From NCBI GenBank assembly GCA_010093815.1, contig ML996581.1: a stretch of DNA of 51,451 bases; one strand, given 5' to 3'. The first letter of the stretch is position 1; the number at the start of each line of letters is the position of its first letter. Shown here piece by piece: positions 37,217-49,430 of the stretch. The DNA comes from Pseudovirgaria hyperparasitica (taxonomy: Eukaryota). A program made the translations under genes and the position numbers. Below the pieces are notes generated by a model. The model had not been told where the DNA came from and did no database searches. It worked only from the letters and a program-made list of their open reading frames with translations.

Positions 37217-38869
37217 CTACGAAGTCTTACGAACCGCGTCCACGTTATCGTAGCTAGACAATGCCTCTTCGGAGGTAGTAAGAGGTTTAGAGCGGCGTTA
37301 ATAGCGACCTCGTCATTACTAGGTAGATGGTTATAGAGTTTTCGCAACGCGTTACTCTATAGGGACCACACCGTAATAAACCAGCTAGGATAGTATATAC
37401 TTCTATCCTATTCTTAATTAACGCGTTAAGAGGAGTCCACGAGGATACCGGGATAAGAAAACCATCTAACGCGCTACTACTATATTGAAAGCAGGCCTAA
37501 ATCTACCTTACTATATAGGTAGAGAAAGCGGAAGTCCTAGTAGCGCGATAGGACACCTTAAGGCTTAAATGGCTCTAGATATATAAGAATTAGCGAGAAA
37601 TCACGTCGAGGGTAACTATAAACTACTATAGATGAACTTATTAAGGCTAACTCTCCTATAGTATTAAACTACATTTATTAAGACGCCTAGCGCGACCACT
37701 AGTAGCGCGACTCTATTAAGACCTTTCGCTTAATATAGGATACCGCTTAGGTCTAGGATAGATAGAGCGGCTCCCGTGCACGAGAGATATTATAGTCTAC
37801 CGTAGGAGGTAGGGCGCTAGTATATATAGATAATAGTATACGGACATAGATAAGAGGCGGCTATAGAGACCTATTAAAAAGTAGTAGAAATAAGTCGGGT
37901 TAGTAGATAGAGGATACTTAAGTCGCCTAGGCGCGTTACGCGAGTATACACGTATAGGATTTAAAGAATACTCGTCTATAAGACACGGTTAGCCTATTAT
38001 AGAGAGATCCTTATAGGTAACGCGAAACTAGATAGTAGCTATACTTAAAGGCGGGGCGTGGTATATAGTAGTAACTATTAGCTCTAAGGACCTTACCCCT
38101 TTAATAGGCTCTAACCTTTAGTATACCTAGAAGTAGGCGGGATTACGTCCTAGCTAGGGAGACTACTATATAGCCTAAGAGAACGGATACGCGTGTTAAT
38201 TTATAAAGAGATAGAATATATTACTAGGCACGTACGCTAGTAATATAAGTTTAAGGAGTAAATCTCGTAGTTTCCTAGCTAGATAAGGCATCGTACCTCT
38301 CTTCTAGTAGAGCTAGAGGTATAAGTCTAAAGGGGATGAGATAAGGCGAAAACAGGAGTAGGGCCTAATAGTATAGGGCACGTCGAACCTATAGGAGTCA
38401 TCCAACTTTAAACTAGAGGCCCGATCTTTACACGCAAAGGTAGAAGCTTATCTATACGATAAGAACCTCCGATATCATACGATGGCTTAATAAGTACTCT
38501 AAGGATGTCGCCCGGTAGATAATTACACACCTACTACTCCTCTAATTCTAGTAGACCTAGAAATATATACCGGAAGAAACCCGGTATACATTAGAGAAAA
38601 CCCGGTATATACCGGAAGAACCCCTTAACTAATAACCTCCGTACCTACACGTGCTACCTAAGGGTAAAATAACGGTAACATAGGCTATAGACTAATAGGT
38701 GTACCCTATAGCTATATACTTAAGAAGAAACAAAGGTTTAACGAGATGTAATTATCGACATAAGGAAGTTTTCCCCTCTTGGGTTTCTTCTTATATAGTA
38801 GCTTAGACTAGAGGAGGCATAGGCCTATAGAGTACTACTCTACCTAGTTATATAATATTATTATTATTA
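37217..38869 (+). mobile_element. Composite non-autonomous retroelement, copy 1: 1204-bp 5' module (37217-38420) + ~450-bp LINE 3' end with (TTA)n tail
   Basis: The TSD TTATAGTTCTAGATAGA (37200-37216 / 38870-38886) splits the integrase at LLIVLDR|FTK. The 3' part is homologous to the LINE 3' end at ~8000-8490. Confidence 0.9.
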
Positions 38870-40339
38870 TTATAGTTCTAGATAGATTTACGAAGATATT
38901 ATACTATATCCCTATAAGGAAGACAATCTAAGTACCGGATCTTATAGATATACTACTCCGTAACGTAGTCCGGCTCTATAGTATACTAAATGGTATAGTT
39001 TTAGATAGAGGTCCGTAGATAACGTCTAAATTTTAGAAGGATTTCTACTATACGCTAGGAATTAAGCGGAAACTTAGTACTACGTTCTATCTATAAATAG
39101 ATAGATAGACGGAGCGGTAGAATTAGATAGTCGAGGCGTATTTACGTATATATTATAACTATAAGTAGAATAACTAGGTAAGGTTAGTCTATATTGCGGA
39201 ATTTGCGTATAATAATAGCCGATATACGTTAACCTACGTAAGTCCGTTCGAAGTAAACTTCGGTTAGAACTATAATATATAGTTCTTAGGGACGTAGTTT
39301 AAAGTAGAATAACCTAATGTTAAAGTAATAGAAATTACTATAGAACTATTCTAAACGTAAAGAAGTATTATAAAGTTACTATAAGATACTACGAATTATA
39401 GTAAATCGCACTATAATAAGGGTAGAAAACCTATGATCTTTAATATTAGGGATAAAGTTTTACTAAATAGTAAGAATATTCGTAGTATTAGGCTAAAGAA
39501 GAAGCTTAACTATATAATAATAGATCTATATAAGATTACTCGTGTAATTAATAACTAGGCGTACGAGTTATAACTCCCTCCTATATTAAAGATATATAAT
39601 ATATTCTATATTACACTTCTCGAGCTATTTCATGCCTTATTATTACTAGATCGTTCCGAATAGATACTATATAAAGTAGTTACGTAAGAAGGTATAGATA
39701 TCTACGAAGTTAAGTAGATACTTAGCTAGTAACGCGCCGAAGATAGCACGTAGCTATATAAGATTTATTAGAAAGAATATAATCCTAACGAAGATACTTA
39801 GGAACCTATAATAAATATTAGTAAAGTAGCGATATTAGTATATAAGTAGCGATTAGTAAAGGAAGCCGCGGAATCATAGAGAATTATACTAAAGTATAGT
39901 AATTCGATATTTTTTAGTATAGTTCGGCGCTAAGGACGGCCGTCTAAAAGGAAGAAGGTAAAAGAGATATAGATCTTAAAAACATTCTAAGGAATTAAGG
40001 AACTTCCTTAGAAAGTTTAAACTTAGAACTTTAAAAAATTTAACTAAAAAGGAGACTTAGAAAAATAATTTACTAAGAGAAATAGACATCAAAAATCACT
40101 ACCAATCAGTATAGATCAGTATAGATTACTAAAGAGATTAAAGAAGTTATTATTAAAGAAAGATAAAATTAAGAAAGCTAAAAGAAAATATAAAGATCTA
40201 TATAGATCTATATAAACTCGTACTAATCTATCTAGAAGAAGTAAGATCGCTTTAAAATTAAAACTAAAAAACTAAAAACGCTAGATAAAAGAGATATATT
40301 AGTACCAATTAGTATAGATCTAAACCAATTAAGTCGGAG

Positions 40340-41334
40340 TAGGAGTAGAAGTACTAATTACCGCGATAGTTACATCTAATTCCTTCCGCTAGTTCTTATT
40401 TAGTATAGTATAGAGCTTTATAATATAAGTCTCTAGCCTTTCGTTCCGATGCTATAAATTCTATATAGCACGCCTTATAGCTATAAACTCCTCTATAGAA
40501 ACCTATAGAGCGGTAGAACCTAGAATAGAGAGGGACGGACCGGTGTAGGCACGCTAAGAATTATATAAATTAGTAAAAAGATTTAATAATCGGTATAGAA
40601 CCATATACCTTTAGTATAGAAACTTCTAGATTAGAGCTATCTTCCCTAAATTTATAGCTCTTTAGTACGTGTAAGGAAGGAACCTTAGCCTTTTTACTAG
40701 AACCTTTTCTAGAAATTTTAATATTACTAGTATATAGAAAGAAGTCTAAAGTAGTAGAGATTTTAGTACTATTATAGAGATTAATATATATTAGTAAGAA
40801 TCTATAACGATTTAAGAAAAACGATATTATCTAGTAATCGCGGTAATAATAGCTATAGTAGATTCTAATAAATCCTTATAGATCTTATTAGAATCATACT
40901 CCTAGGCGTAACTCTTACCTTAGATATATAGCTCGTAGAAAGCCTTCTCTAAGGCGTTATAATCGGTAGTACTACGCTCCTTATTAGTAGGGGTTACTAG
41001 AGGCCTAGTAGTAATCTATACTAATATAAGTAAATCTATATAAAGTTCTTCGAACTTACTTAAATATCTATAAGTAATAACGCTTCTTAGTCACGTAAGT
41101 ACCGTATATTATAGATTTAGTACCGCCGTAAGTAATATACGATAGAAAGCGATAACTATAATAATATATAGCTAGATTATTAGAGCCCGGTCTAGGTCGG
41201 GGTAGATTAATAGCTTTCGATATATTAGTAATATATACGAGATAGGGATTATTCAAAGGCACCTATTTCCGCGCTAATTACTTTAGAGCGTCGAGATTTC
41301 GGGAAACTATATTATAATTATTACCGATTTACAT
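40340..41334 (-). pseudogene. Antisense accessory gene inside chromovirus B: Cys-rich Zn-cluster-like motif, introns; 3' end approximate
   Basis: The ATG at 41334 is in frame with ORF 41068-41262. The frame reads P(C)LV(C)...(C)GT(C)VTKKRY(C)L* after reverting Tyr codons. Minus-strand GTAAG donors are at 41054-41059 and ~40914-40918. Confidence 0.5.
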
Positions 41335-41794
41335 AGATTATTATAAATAATGTTATTACTAGCTAAGGATGGTATAAAAATTAGTAAATTACGTAAATCG
41401 TACTAAATTATAGTAAATCTATATAAATCTATATCTATAAGGATCGGTTAATATACCTAATAATCTAAAAAACTCTATAAAGAGTTAAGAAGTTTTTTAA
41501 AGAAAGAAATATTTCTAAGAAAAGATTTTAATATAGGTAGCACCCGGGCTTACCTAATTATATTACGTGATACGCTAGGCCTAATTAGGTAATCTTACCT
41601 ATATAAGAAGTTAAGATAGATAAAATCTAGTTTATTAGGAAAACGCTTATATAAATCTTAGATTAGTAAATATTAGTAAGTATCTAAGACGAAGCGTAGA
41701 GAACGACTAAGGTCTTACGAGACTTAGGATAGGGATATAGAGATAGATAACAATCTAGGTCACTAAGGGCAGCTTCCTAGAGGGAAGAGATAAT

Positions 41795-42022
41795 TATTAG
41801 AACTTAGCCTTAGGTAGAACCCAACCTATATATACCTTAGCTAATAGGGTTAGGAGGTAACGTAAAGGGCGGTAAATAGTTACGTGCTAGATAGATCGGC
41901 GTCCCTTTATATATATACTCTTAGATTCCTACCGAAAGGGTTCGGTAGTAATTCGTTCTATAATAGAATACACCCTATTATTCTATCTAACTATACTACT
42001 ATCTAATAACTCTATTCTTATA
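41795..42022 (+). repeat. 3' LTR of chromovirus B
   Basis: Direct repeat of 32969-33196. Confidence 0.95.
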
Positions 42023-42718
42023 TATAGAGAAGCTATATATAACTCTTAGTATAAAAAATAAGTAATTAAAAGAATACCTAAGATAGAGTTAAAAGGTAGC
42101 TCTTTCTATGTCTATACTATTATAAAACTTAGTAATAATACTTATCTATATATAAACTTTTATCTTTCTAAAAATAGAGTAAAATAGTCTAGTATTAATA
42201 AAAATATAGGCCGCTAAATAGAACGACTTTTTTAAAGTTCTAGTTTTAATAGGGTACTAGCTATTAGAATTGATACTAGAATAGACTTAGCTAGACTACT
42301 ATAGTCTAGTACGGTCCCGTAACAGGCGGATCTAGATTAAGTTAGCTAGATTAAGTAAGGGTACTATATAAGTAGAACGTATATATCTAATTCCTATTCT
42401 TTAGAAATTAATCTCATTATAAGAGTAGACTACCCCTTAAAATATATCTCTAAATTCTTCTATAATCTATTAGACTACTATTCTATGTCTATAATTCTTA
42501 TATTTTAATTTCTCTTTATATAGTATAATAGTAGTTTATAGAAATAGCTCTAACTACTTATTATAATACTTATAGTACCGTCTCTTATAGTAGACCTTCT
42601 TCTAACTTAAATAAGAAGAATAGTCTATCTATAACTATCTCTACTAATAACTATATCTTATAGACTACTATACTAATAACTTATATAATATTCCGTATAA
42701 CTATAGAAGATATTATAG

Positions 42719-42848
42719 AATATAAGGATAGAGTCTATTATACTCTATCTTAGTCTAGTTTAAACTATACTAGATCTAATCTTAATATAAGGATAGAGTC
42801 TATTATACTCTATCTTAGTCTAGTTTAAACTATACTAGATCTAATCTT
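42719..42848 (+). repeat. Perfect 65-bp tandem duplication within element C gag region
   Basis: AATATAAGGATAGAGTC...GATCTAATCTT occurs at 42719-42783 and 42784-42848. Element A has only one unit. Confidence 0.92.
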
Positions 42849-43536
42849 AATATAAGGCTAGACTCTATTAACGTTAACGAGTTAATCTATTAGAATTATC
42901 TAATATTAACTATATCTTATAATAATATATATACTAGACTATATAAAGAGAGATAATATTAGATTTAACTTAAGTAATAACTACATGAACTTAACGAAGC
43001 TTAAGAATATACTATAAGACTTAAAGCTATATTATATACTTTAGTTCTAGTAATAACTAATCTATATTTATATAGACCTATACTAACTAAAACGGTCTAT
43101 TCTAGTCTACTACTATCTTAATTACCCTGACCTAAGAAACTACCTTACTTTAATAGTAAAAGTATAAAGAGTTTCTATATATAGACTTATTAATATAGCT
43201 AATTCTTCTATCTATTTATAAATAATAGTAATAAAATTAGATTTATCTAGAACTACCTTAATCTAACGCCTTTAGAATATTAGATAGTATACTAAATTAA
43301 ATATTCTAAGAATATCTATAACTAGGATATATTCACTAAATTTCTCTTCTAATATTTTAGTAATAGAGCTAAATAACGCGACTAGGTCTAGGGCTATATC
43401 TTTAAGACTTAATAATAAGATAATTAGTTACTATTATAACTTCTTAAATACCTTTAGCCCCTCTAGAGAGAAGCTAAAGAAGATTATATAATTTGATAAT
43501 ATAACGACTTTAAACAGTCTCTTACTCTAAATATAA

Positions 43537-45584
43537 TAATAATAATAATAATATTATATAACTAGGTAGAGTAGTACTCTACAGGCCTATGCCTCCTCTA
43601 GTCTAAGCCACTATATAAGAAGAAACCCCATAGGGAAAAACTTCCTTATATCTATAACTACATCTCGTTAAACCTCTATTTCGTCTTAAGTATATAGCTA
43701 TAGGGTACGCCTATTAGCCTATAGCCTATATTACCGTTATTTTACCCTTAGGTAGTACGTGTAGATGCGGAGGTTATTAGTTAAGGGCTACCCCCGACTA
43801 ATAATTAGGGTTCTCCTAGGGTTCTTCTAGTATATATCGGGTTACTACCAGCGTATACTAGGTCTCTTCCGGTATATATTTCCGGGTCTACTAGTACTAG
43901 AGGAGTAGTAGATATATAAGTATCTATCGGGAGACGTCCTTAGGGTACTTATTAAGCTATTATACGATATCTAAAGTCTTCGTGACGTGGATAAGCCATT
44001 ACCGTTATATATAGAGGTTAGAGTATATAGCTAGATAGTAGCGTATTATACCTCTCCGGCCGTACGCCTTACACTATAGGGAGGTATCGGGAACGCCTCT
44101 CTTATAGATGTAGTATAGGAGTCCCATAGCGCCCGTTCGGGCTTAGATAAGTATAGATACTTAGGCTTTCGTTAGCCCTTTATACATCCATTTACTCGGT
44201 TCCTTCTATAGCCCTCGAATCCACTCTAGATACCTATTCTACTAGAAGGTCTAGTGGGCACGGAGTGCCTCTTTCTACTTGTCTTAAGTCCATAACCGTA
44301 TGTTTTTCACGAGTTCTTAAAGGCTCTACTAGTCTAGGAGAGCGTCCGGGTTATCTCGGACTTCTTATACTACTTGGCTAGCCTCTAGTTCGAAGTCGGA
44401 TAACTCCTATAGGTTCGACGTGCCCTATACTATTAGGCCCTACTCCTATTTTCGCCTTATCTTATCCTCTTTAGGCTTATACCTCCGGCTCTACTAGAAG
44501 AGGGGCATGACGCCTTATCTAGCTAGGAAACTACGAGGTTTACTCCTTAAACTTATATTACTAGCGTACGTGCCTAGCGACACGTTCTATCTCTTTATAA
44601 ATTAATACGCGTATCCATTCTCTCGGGCTATATAGTAGTCTCCCTAGCTAGGACGTAATCCCGCCTACTTCTAGATATACTAAAGGTTAGAGCCTATTAA
44701 AGGGGTGAGGTCCTTAGAGCTAGTAGTTACTACTATATACTACGCCCCGCCTTTAAGTATAGCTACTATCCGGTTTCGCGTTACCTATAAGAATCTCTCT
44801 ATAATAGGCCGACCGTGTCTTATAGGCGAGTATCCTTTAAATCCTATACGTGTATACTTACGTGACGCGCCTAGGCGACTTAAGTATTCTCTATCTACTA
44901 ACCCGACTTATTTCTACTACTTTTTAATAGGTCCCTATAGCCGCCTCTTGCCTATATCCGTGTACTATTATCTATATATACTAGCGCCCTACCTTCTACG
45001 GTAGACTATAATATCTCTCATATATAGGAGCTACTCTATCTATTCTAGACCTAAGTAGTATCCCGTATCGAGCGAAAGGTCTTAATAGAGTCACGCTACT
45101 AGTAGTCGCGCTAGGCGTCTTAATAAACGTAGTTTAATACTATAGGAGAGTTAGCCTTAATAAGTTCATCCGTAGTAGTTTATAGTTACCCTCGACGTGA
45201 TTTCTCGCTAATCCTTACGTACCTAGAGCTATTTAAGCCTCGAGGTATCCTATCGCGCTACTAGGACTTCCGCTTTCTCTACCTACATAGTAAGGTAGAT
45301 TTAGGCCTGCTTTTAATATAGTAGTAGCGCGTTAGGTGGTTTTCTTATCCTAGTATTCTCGTGGACTTCTCTTAACGCGTTAATTAAGAATAGGATAGAA
45401 GTATATACTATCCTAGCTGGTTTATTATGGTATGGTCCCTATAGAGTAACGCGTTACGAAAACTCTATAACCACCTACCTAGCGACGACGAGGTCGCCAT
45501 TAACGCCGCTCCGAACCTCTTACTACCTCCGAAGAGGCATTGCCTAGCTACAACGACGTGGACGCGGTTCGTAAGACTTCGTAG
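43537..45584 (-). mobile_element. Composite non-autonomous retroelement, copy 2: same 1204-bp 5' module (44381-45584) + ~840-bp LINE 3' end with (TTA)n tail
   Basis: TSD C(T/C)TACTCTAAATATAA at 43521-43536 / 45585-45600. 43537-44380 aligns by eye with LINE 7996-8845, and 44381-45584 is the reverse complement of 37217-38420. Confidence 0.9.
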
Positions 45585-48500
45585 CCTACTCTAAATATAA
45601 AGAACTATCTTAACCTTATAATAATAATCTCTATAGACCTCTAAGCTCTTATAAACCTTATAGAGTAATACTAGTATATAATAAATAATTAATACCACGC
45701 TAGTGTACGACTATCCCTAATAATCTAATCTAATATAAAATTATCTAACTAAAACTAATTTAGTAATAGATCTTATAGAATATTATAAGGTTACTACTAT
45801 ACCTTAAATTTAAAACCACGAGAATTATATTATAGATCTCTCTACTAATTAATATATTAAGACGTAAGGACTAACTTATATAAATAATCTAAAGTTACTT
45901 ACTATACCTATAGTAGAATAGACTATATAGTATCTAAGTATTATTTAGAGAAACTACTAAGTACTAATATAACTAACTAATTAGTTATATATTATAAGTA
46001 CTAGTAGCTAGAATATATTACGCCTAACTATCTAGTATAGAATATAAAAAACTAATAGTCTATAAGAAACCCTTATAACTTATAGATATAACTATAATAG
46101 AGTAATAACCCGCTAAATAGTATATTAAACTATAGGCTAGATCTATTAAGGTCCCTTATAGATAATATTAGACTATAATACTTAATAGTAGTTTAGCTAC
46201 TAATATTATATTAATCTAATAAGTATAAGAACTTAATATTAATATCTAAGCTCTAATAGATACTATATTCTATAGTATTAACGGTCCTATTAAGTTATAT
46301 AGTACCTATACTATTAAATATAGTATCTAGAATAGTAGAGGGAAATAGAAACCCTACTACTTAACCTTTATTATAGTAGATAGTCCCTTTAATATAATTC
46401 TAGGTATACTATAGCTTAAGAAATATAATCTAAAACTAGACTTCCTTAAGAAGATAGCTAGCTAGTATATAAACCTACCTTAATAGAAACTAGTATAGCT
46501 TATTAATAATAAATAATTCTAGAAAGATTATAAGAAGGCGATTTCTACTATCTATATACTCTTACTTATCTAAAATAGTAAGCTTAGTATTAAAGTAGAC
46601 GAAAACCTACTATATTAGTATAAAATATACTAATATATTATATTAGTAATTAATTTCTCTAAACTATCTTAATACTAATCTATTAACCTTACTATTAATC
46701 TTAAAGACGGCTAGTAACCTCTATATAGATCTATCTACCCTCTTTTAGAACCTAAATTATAAGTCCTTTAAGAATATATTAAAAATAACCTTATATAAGA
46801 ATAGATTAGACCTAGTATATTTCTAGCTAGAGCTTTAATCCTCTTTATAAAGAAGAAGGATAGGAGCCTCTATCTATATATTAACTACTATAGTCTAAAT
46901 AATATTATATAAAAGAATTATTATCTACTATCTCTTATCTCTAAGTCTATTAATAGACTAGGGTGTATAAAGATCTTTACTAAGCTCGATCTATATAATA
47001 TCTACTATCGCCTTTATATTAAGGAGAGCGATAAATAGAAAACGGCTTTTAGAACCCGTTATAGATACTTTAAATATACTATAGTCCCTTTTAGACTTAC
47101 TAACGCGCTAGATACCTTTTAAGTATATATTAATAACGCGCTAGTAGATCTACTTAATATAATATATATCGTGTACCTAGATAATATCCTTATCTTCTTA
47201 GATAATAAGAAGAAGTATATCTAGTATATATATATAGTCCTAGATAGACTAGAAAAGTATAAGCTATATATTAAGCTATCTAAATACGAGTTCTATTAGG
47301 ACTATATTAACTTTCTTAGCTTTATTATTACTAATTAAAGTATAACTATAGAGAGAGATAGAGTTACTACTATTATAGACTAGCCTAAACTAAAATCCGT
47401 TTAAGATATATATATCTTTATTAGCTTTACTAACTACTATTAAAAATTTATTAAATACTTCTTCTATCTAGCCGCACTACTTAATATATATACTACTACT
47501 ACTAACTCGTCTATTACGGTCTATAGTAGATAGAAATAGTATAATATTAAGTTATAATCTATTAAATTAATAGAGGTTAAAAGAATATTCTTCGAGAAGA
47601 TTAAAGAGATATTTATAACCGCTCTATTACTAGTATACTTTAATCTAACTAAATCTATTTACGTTAAAACTAATATATTAGAATTTATAATCTTAGACAT
47701 ACTCTTCTAGCCTAGACTAATAGAGTCTAAAAAGATCTAATAGTATCTAGTTATATTTTTCTTACGTAAGATAGCTAATATTAAAACTAGATATACTATT
47801 TATAACTAAGAGCTACTAGTAATAGTAGAGTTATTTAAGTAGTAGCAATATTATCTTAAAGATACTATATATAATATTAAGTTACTAACTAATTACTATA
47901 ACTTAAAGGGGTTTATAAGTATAATAGTTTTAAATCGTTAATAGATTTAATAGACTAAGTAGCTTATAAACTTCTACTTTATAATCTACTATTAATCTAG
48001 AAGTATAAATCTAGCTAATAGAATATTAAGAAGACCTAACTATAAAGATGGCGCCTAGAATTATAGTAGCTATAGGGTTCTAGAGTAGCTATAGGCCTAA
48101 CTCTTAAGGATAAGGTTAGATAATAAGTTATCTAATAATTAGTAAGATACTAACGCTAATACTAGTAATTAAATTTATAAGACTAAAGCTAGTAACTAAA
48201 GATATAGTACCGAAGTCCCTAGTAAGCTATTTATTAGTACTATTAGAGAGGGCGATAGTACCTAGTATATATATTAAGTAGATCTTATCTAGTTAATTAT
48301 AGATCTATAGAAGATAGACCTAATAGTTTTAAAGTTATATAAAATATAGTAAGATAGATTATTATAGACTAAAGTAGACTATAAGTAGACCTTTATAGAT
48401 AGCTTACTCTACTATAATAGAAAGTACTATATACTAATAGATAATATATAATTTACTATAGTTAGCCGATACTATAATACTAACCTAGTAGAATATTTTA

Positions 48501-49430
48501 GATATATACGTACCCTAAGCTTAATTTATTAGTACTATTTTTAGAAAGATATATCTAAGTATATTAAAGAATAGATAGCTACTTATCCGATTTATTAAAG
48601 AATAAAGATACCTAGATATAAGCTATATAGGAATTTATAGCCTCTACTAGTCCCCCTCTTTATATAGAAAGATATTACTATAGATTTTATAGTTAACTTA
48701 TCTCTAAGTAAGATACTTAGAATAAGTTATAATTTAATTCTTATTATTATAGATAGACTTATAAAGATATCTAGGTATATCCCTATATAGAAGATAATTA
48801 TATTAAAAGAACTAGTATAAGTATTCTAGAATAAGATTATTAAGGTCTATAGTATACTAAAAAGAATCGTTATAGACCGAGAGAGTATATTTATATCTAA
48901 ATTCTAGATATTATTCTATGAAATAGCTGGTATAAATAGAAATATATTAATAGTATTCTATCTATAAATAGATAGTTAGATAGAGCGATAAAACTAAACG
49001 CTTAAGGTCTATCTTTATATATTCTATAATTTTAAATAAGATAACTAGGCCTCTCTACTAAGTATAGTAGAATTTATATATAATAATAGTTATTATAGTA
49101 TAATAGGTATTACGCCCTTCTAGGCGAACCTAGAATATAATCTAAGGATAGGTTTTAAACCATATACGGTCTAGTTTAACTAAATAATAGATATTAATAT
49201 CTATACGTAGAAACTAGTAATTAAAACCTTCAAACCGTACATAACTATTATATAATAATCTAGTAAGTAAATAAGTTATATATAAAGTACTATAATAGAT
49301 TAGTTAAAGATTAAATATATAAGAAGGAAGATAAAGTCCTTCTTAACATCTATAATATATAAATATCATGAGTAAATAAAAAGCTCGATTATAAAATGGC
49401 TAGTCCCTTCCGAATTAAATGTTATTATTA

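Larger units (their letters stand above)
32969..42022 (+). mobile_element. Ty3/Gypsy chromovirus, family B, full length, RIP-mutated, with an insertion in the integrase
   Basis: 228-bp LTRs with TSD TATAG (32964-32968 / 42023-42027). A CCHC knuckle lies at ~34480-34525. RT reads KLDLRD..WKTAFRTRY and VVYLD(D)IL (35510-35720). A chromodomain lies at ~39700-39810, and the PPT AGAGGGAAGAGA precedes the 3' LTR. Confidence 0.95.
42262..49430 (+). mobile_element. Ty3/Gypsy element C (relative of family A), 3'-truncated, more heavily RIP-mutated
   Basis: The 5' LTR (~42262-42502) resembles the reverse complement of the A LTR. Gag-pol is colinear with A. RT reads FTKLDL..KTAFRTRY and IVYLD(D)IL (~46975-47190), and AAAAAAC is at 46046-46052. 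Similarity to A stops at ~49430, before the chromodomain, and there is no 3' LTR. Confidence 0.9.

Noticed and set aside
38085..38125. Idea that the 1204-nt module is telomerase RNA (CTAACC-like stretch)
   Set aside because: Both copies read CTAACCTTTAG, not a TAACCCTAA template, so there is no support.
7289..49430. Starship-like giant element or CRISPR-like array
   Set aside because: No DUF3435 tyrosine recombinase captain or repeat-spacer periodicity was seen. The repeats are explained by TIRs, LTRs and TSDs.
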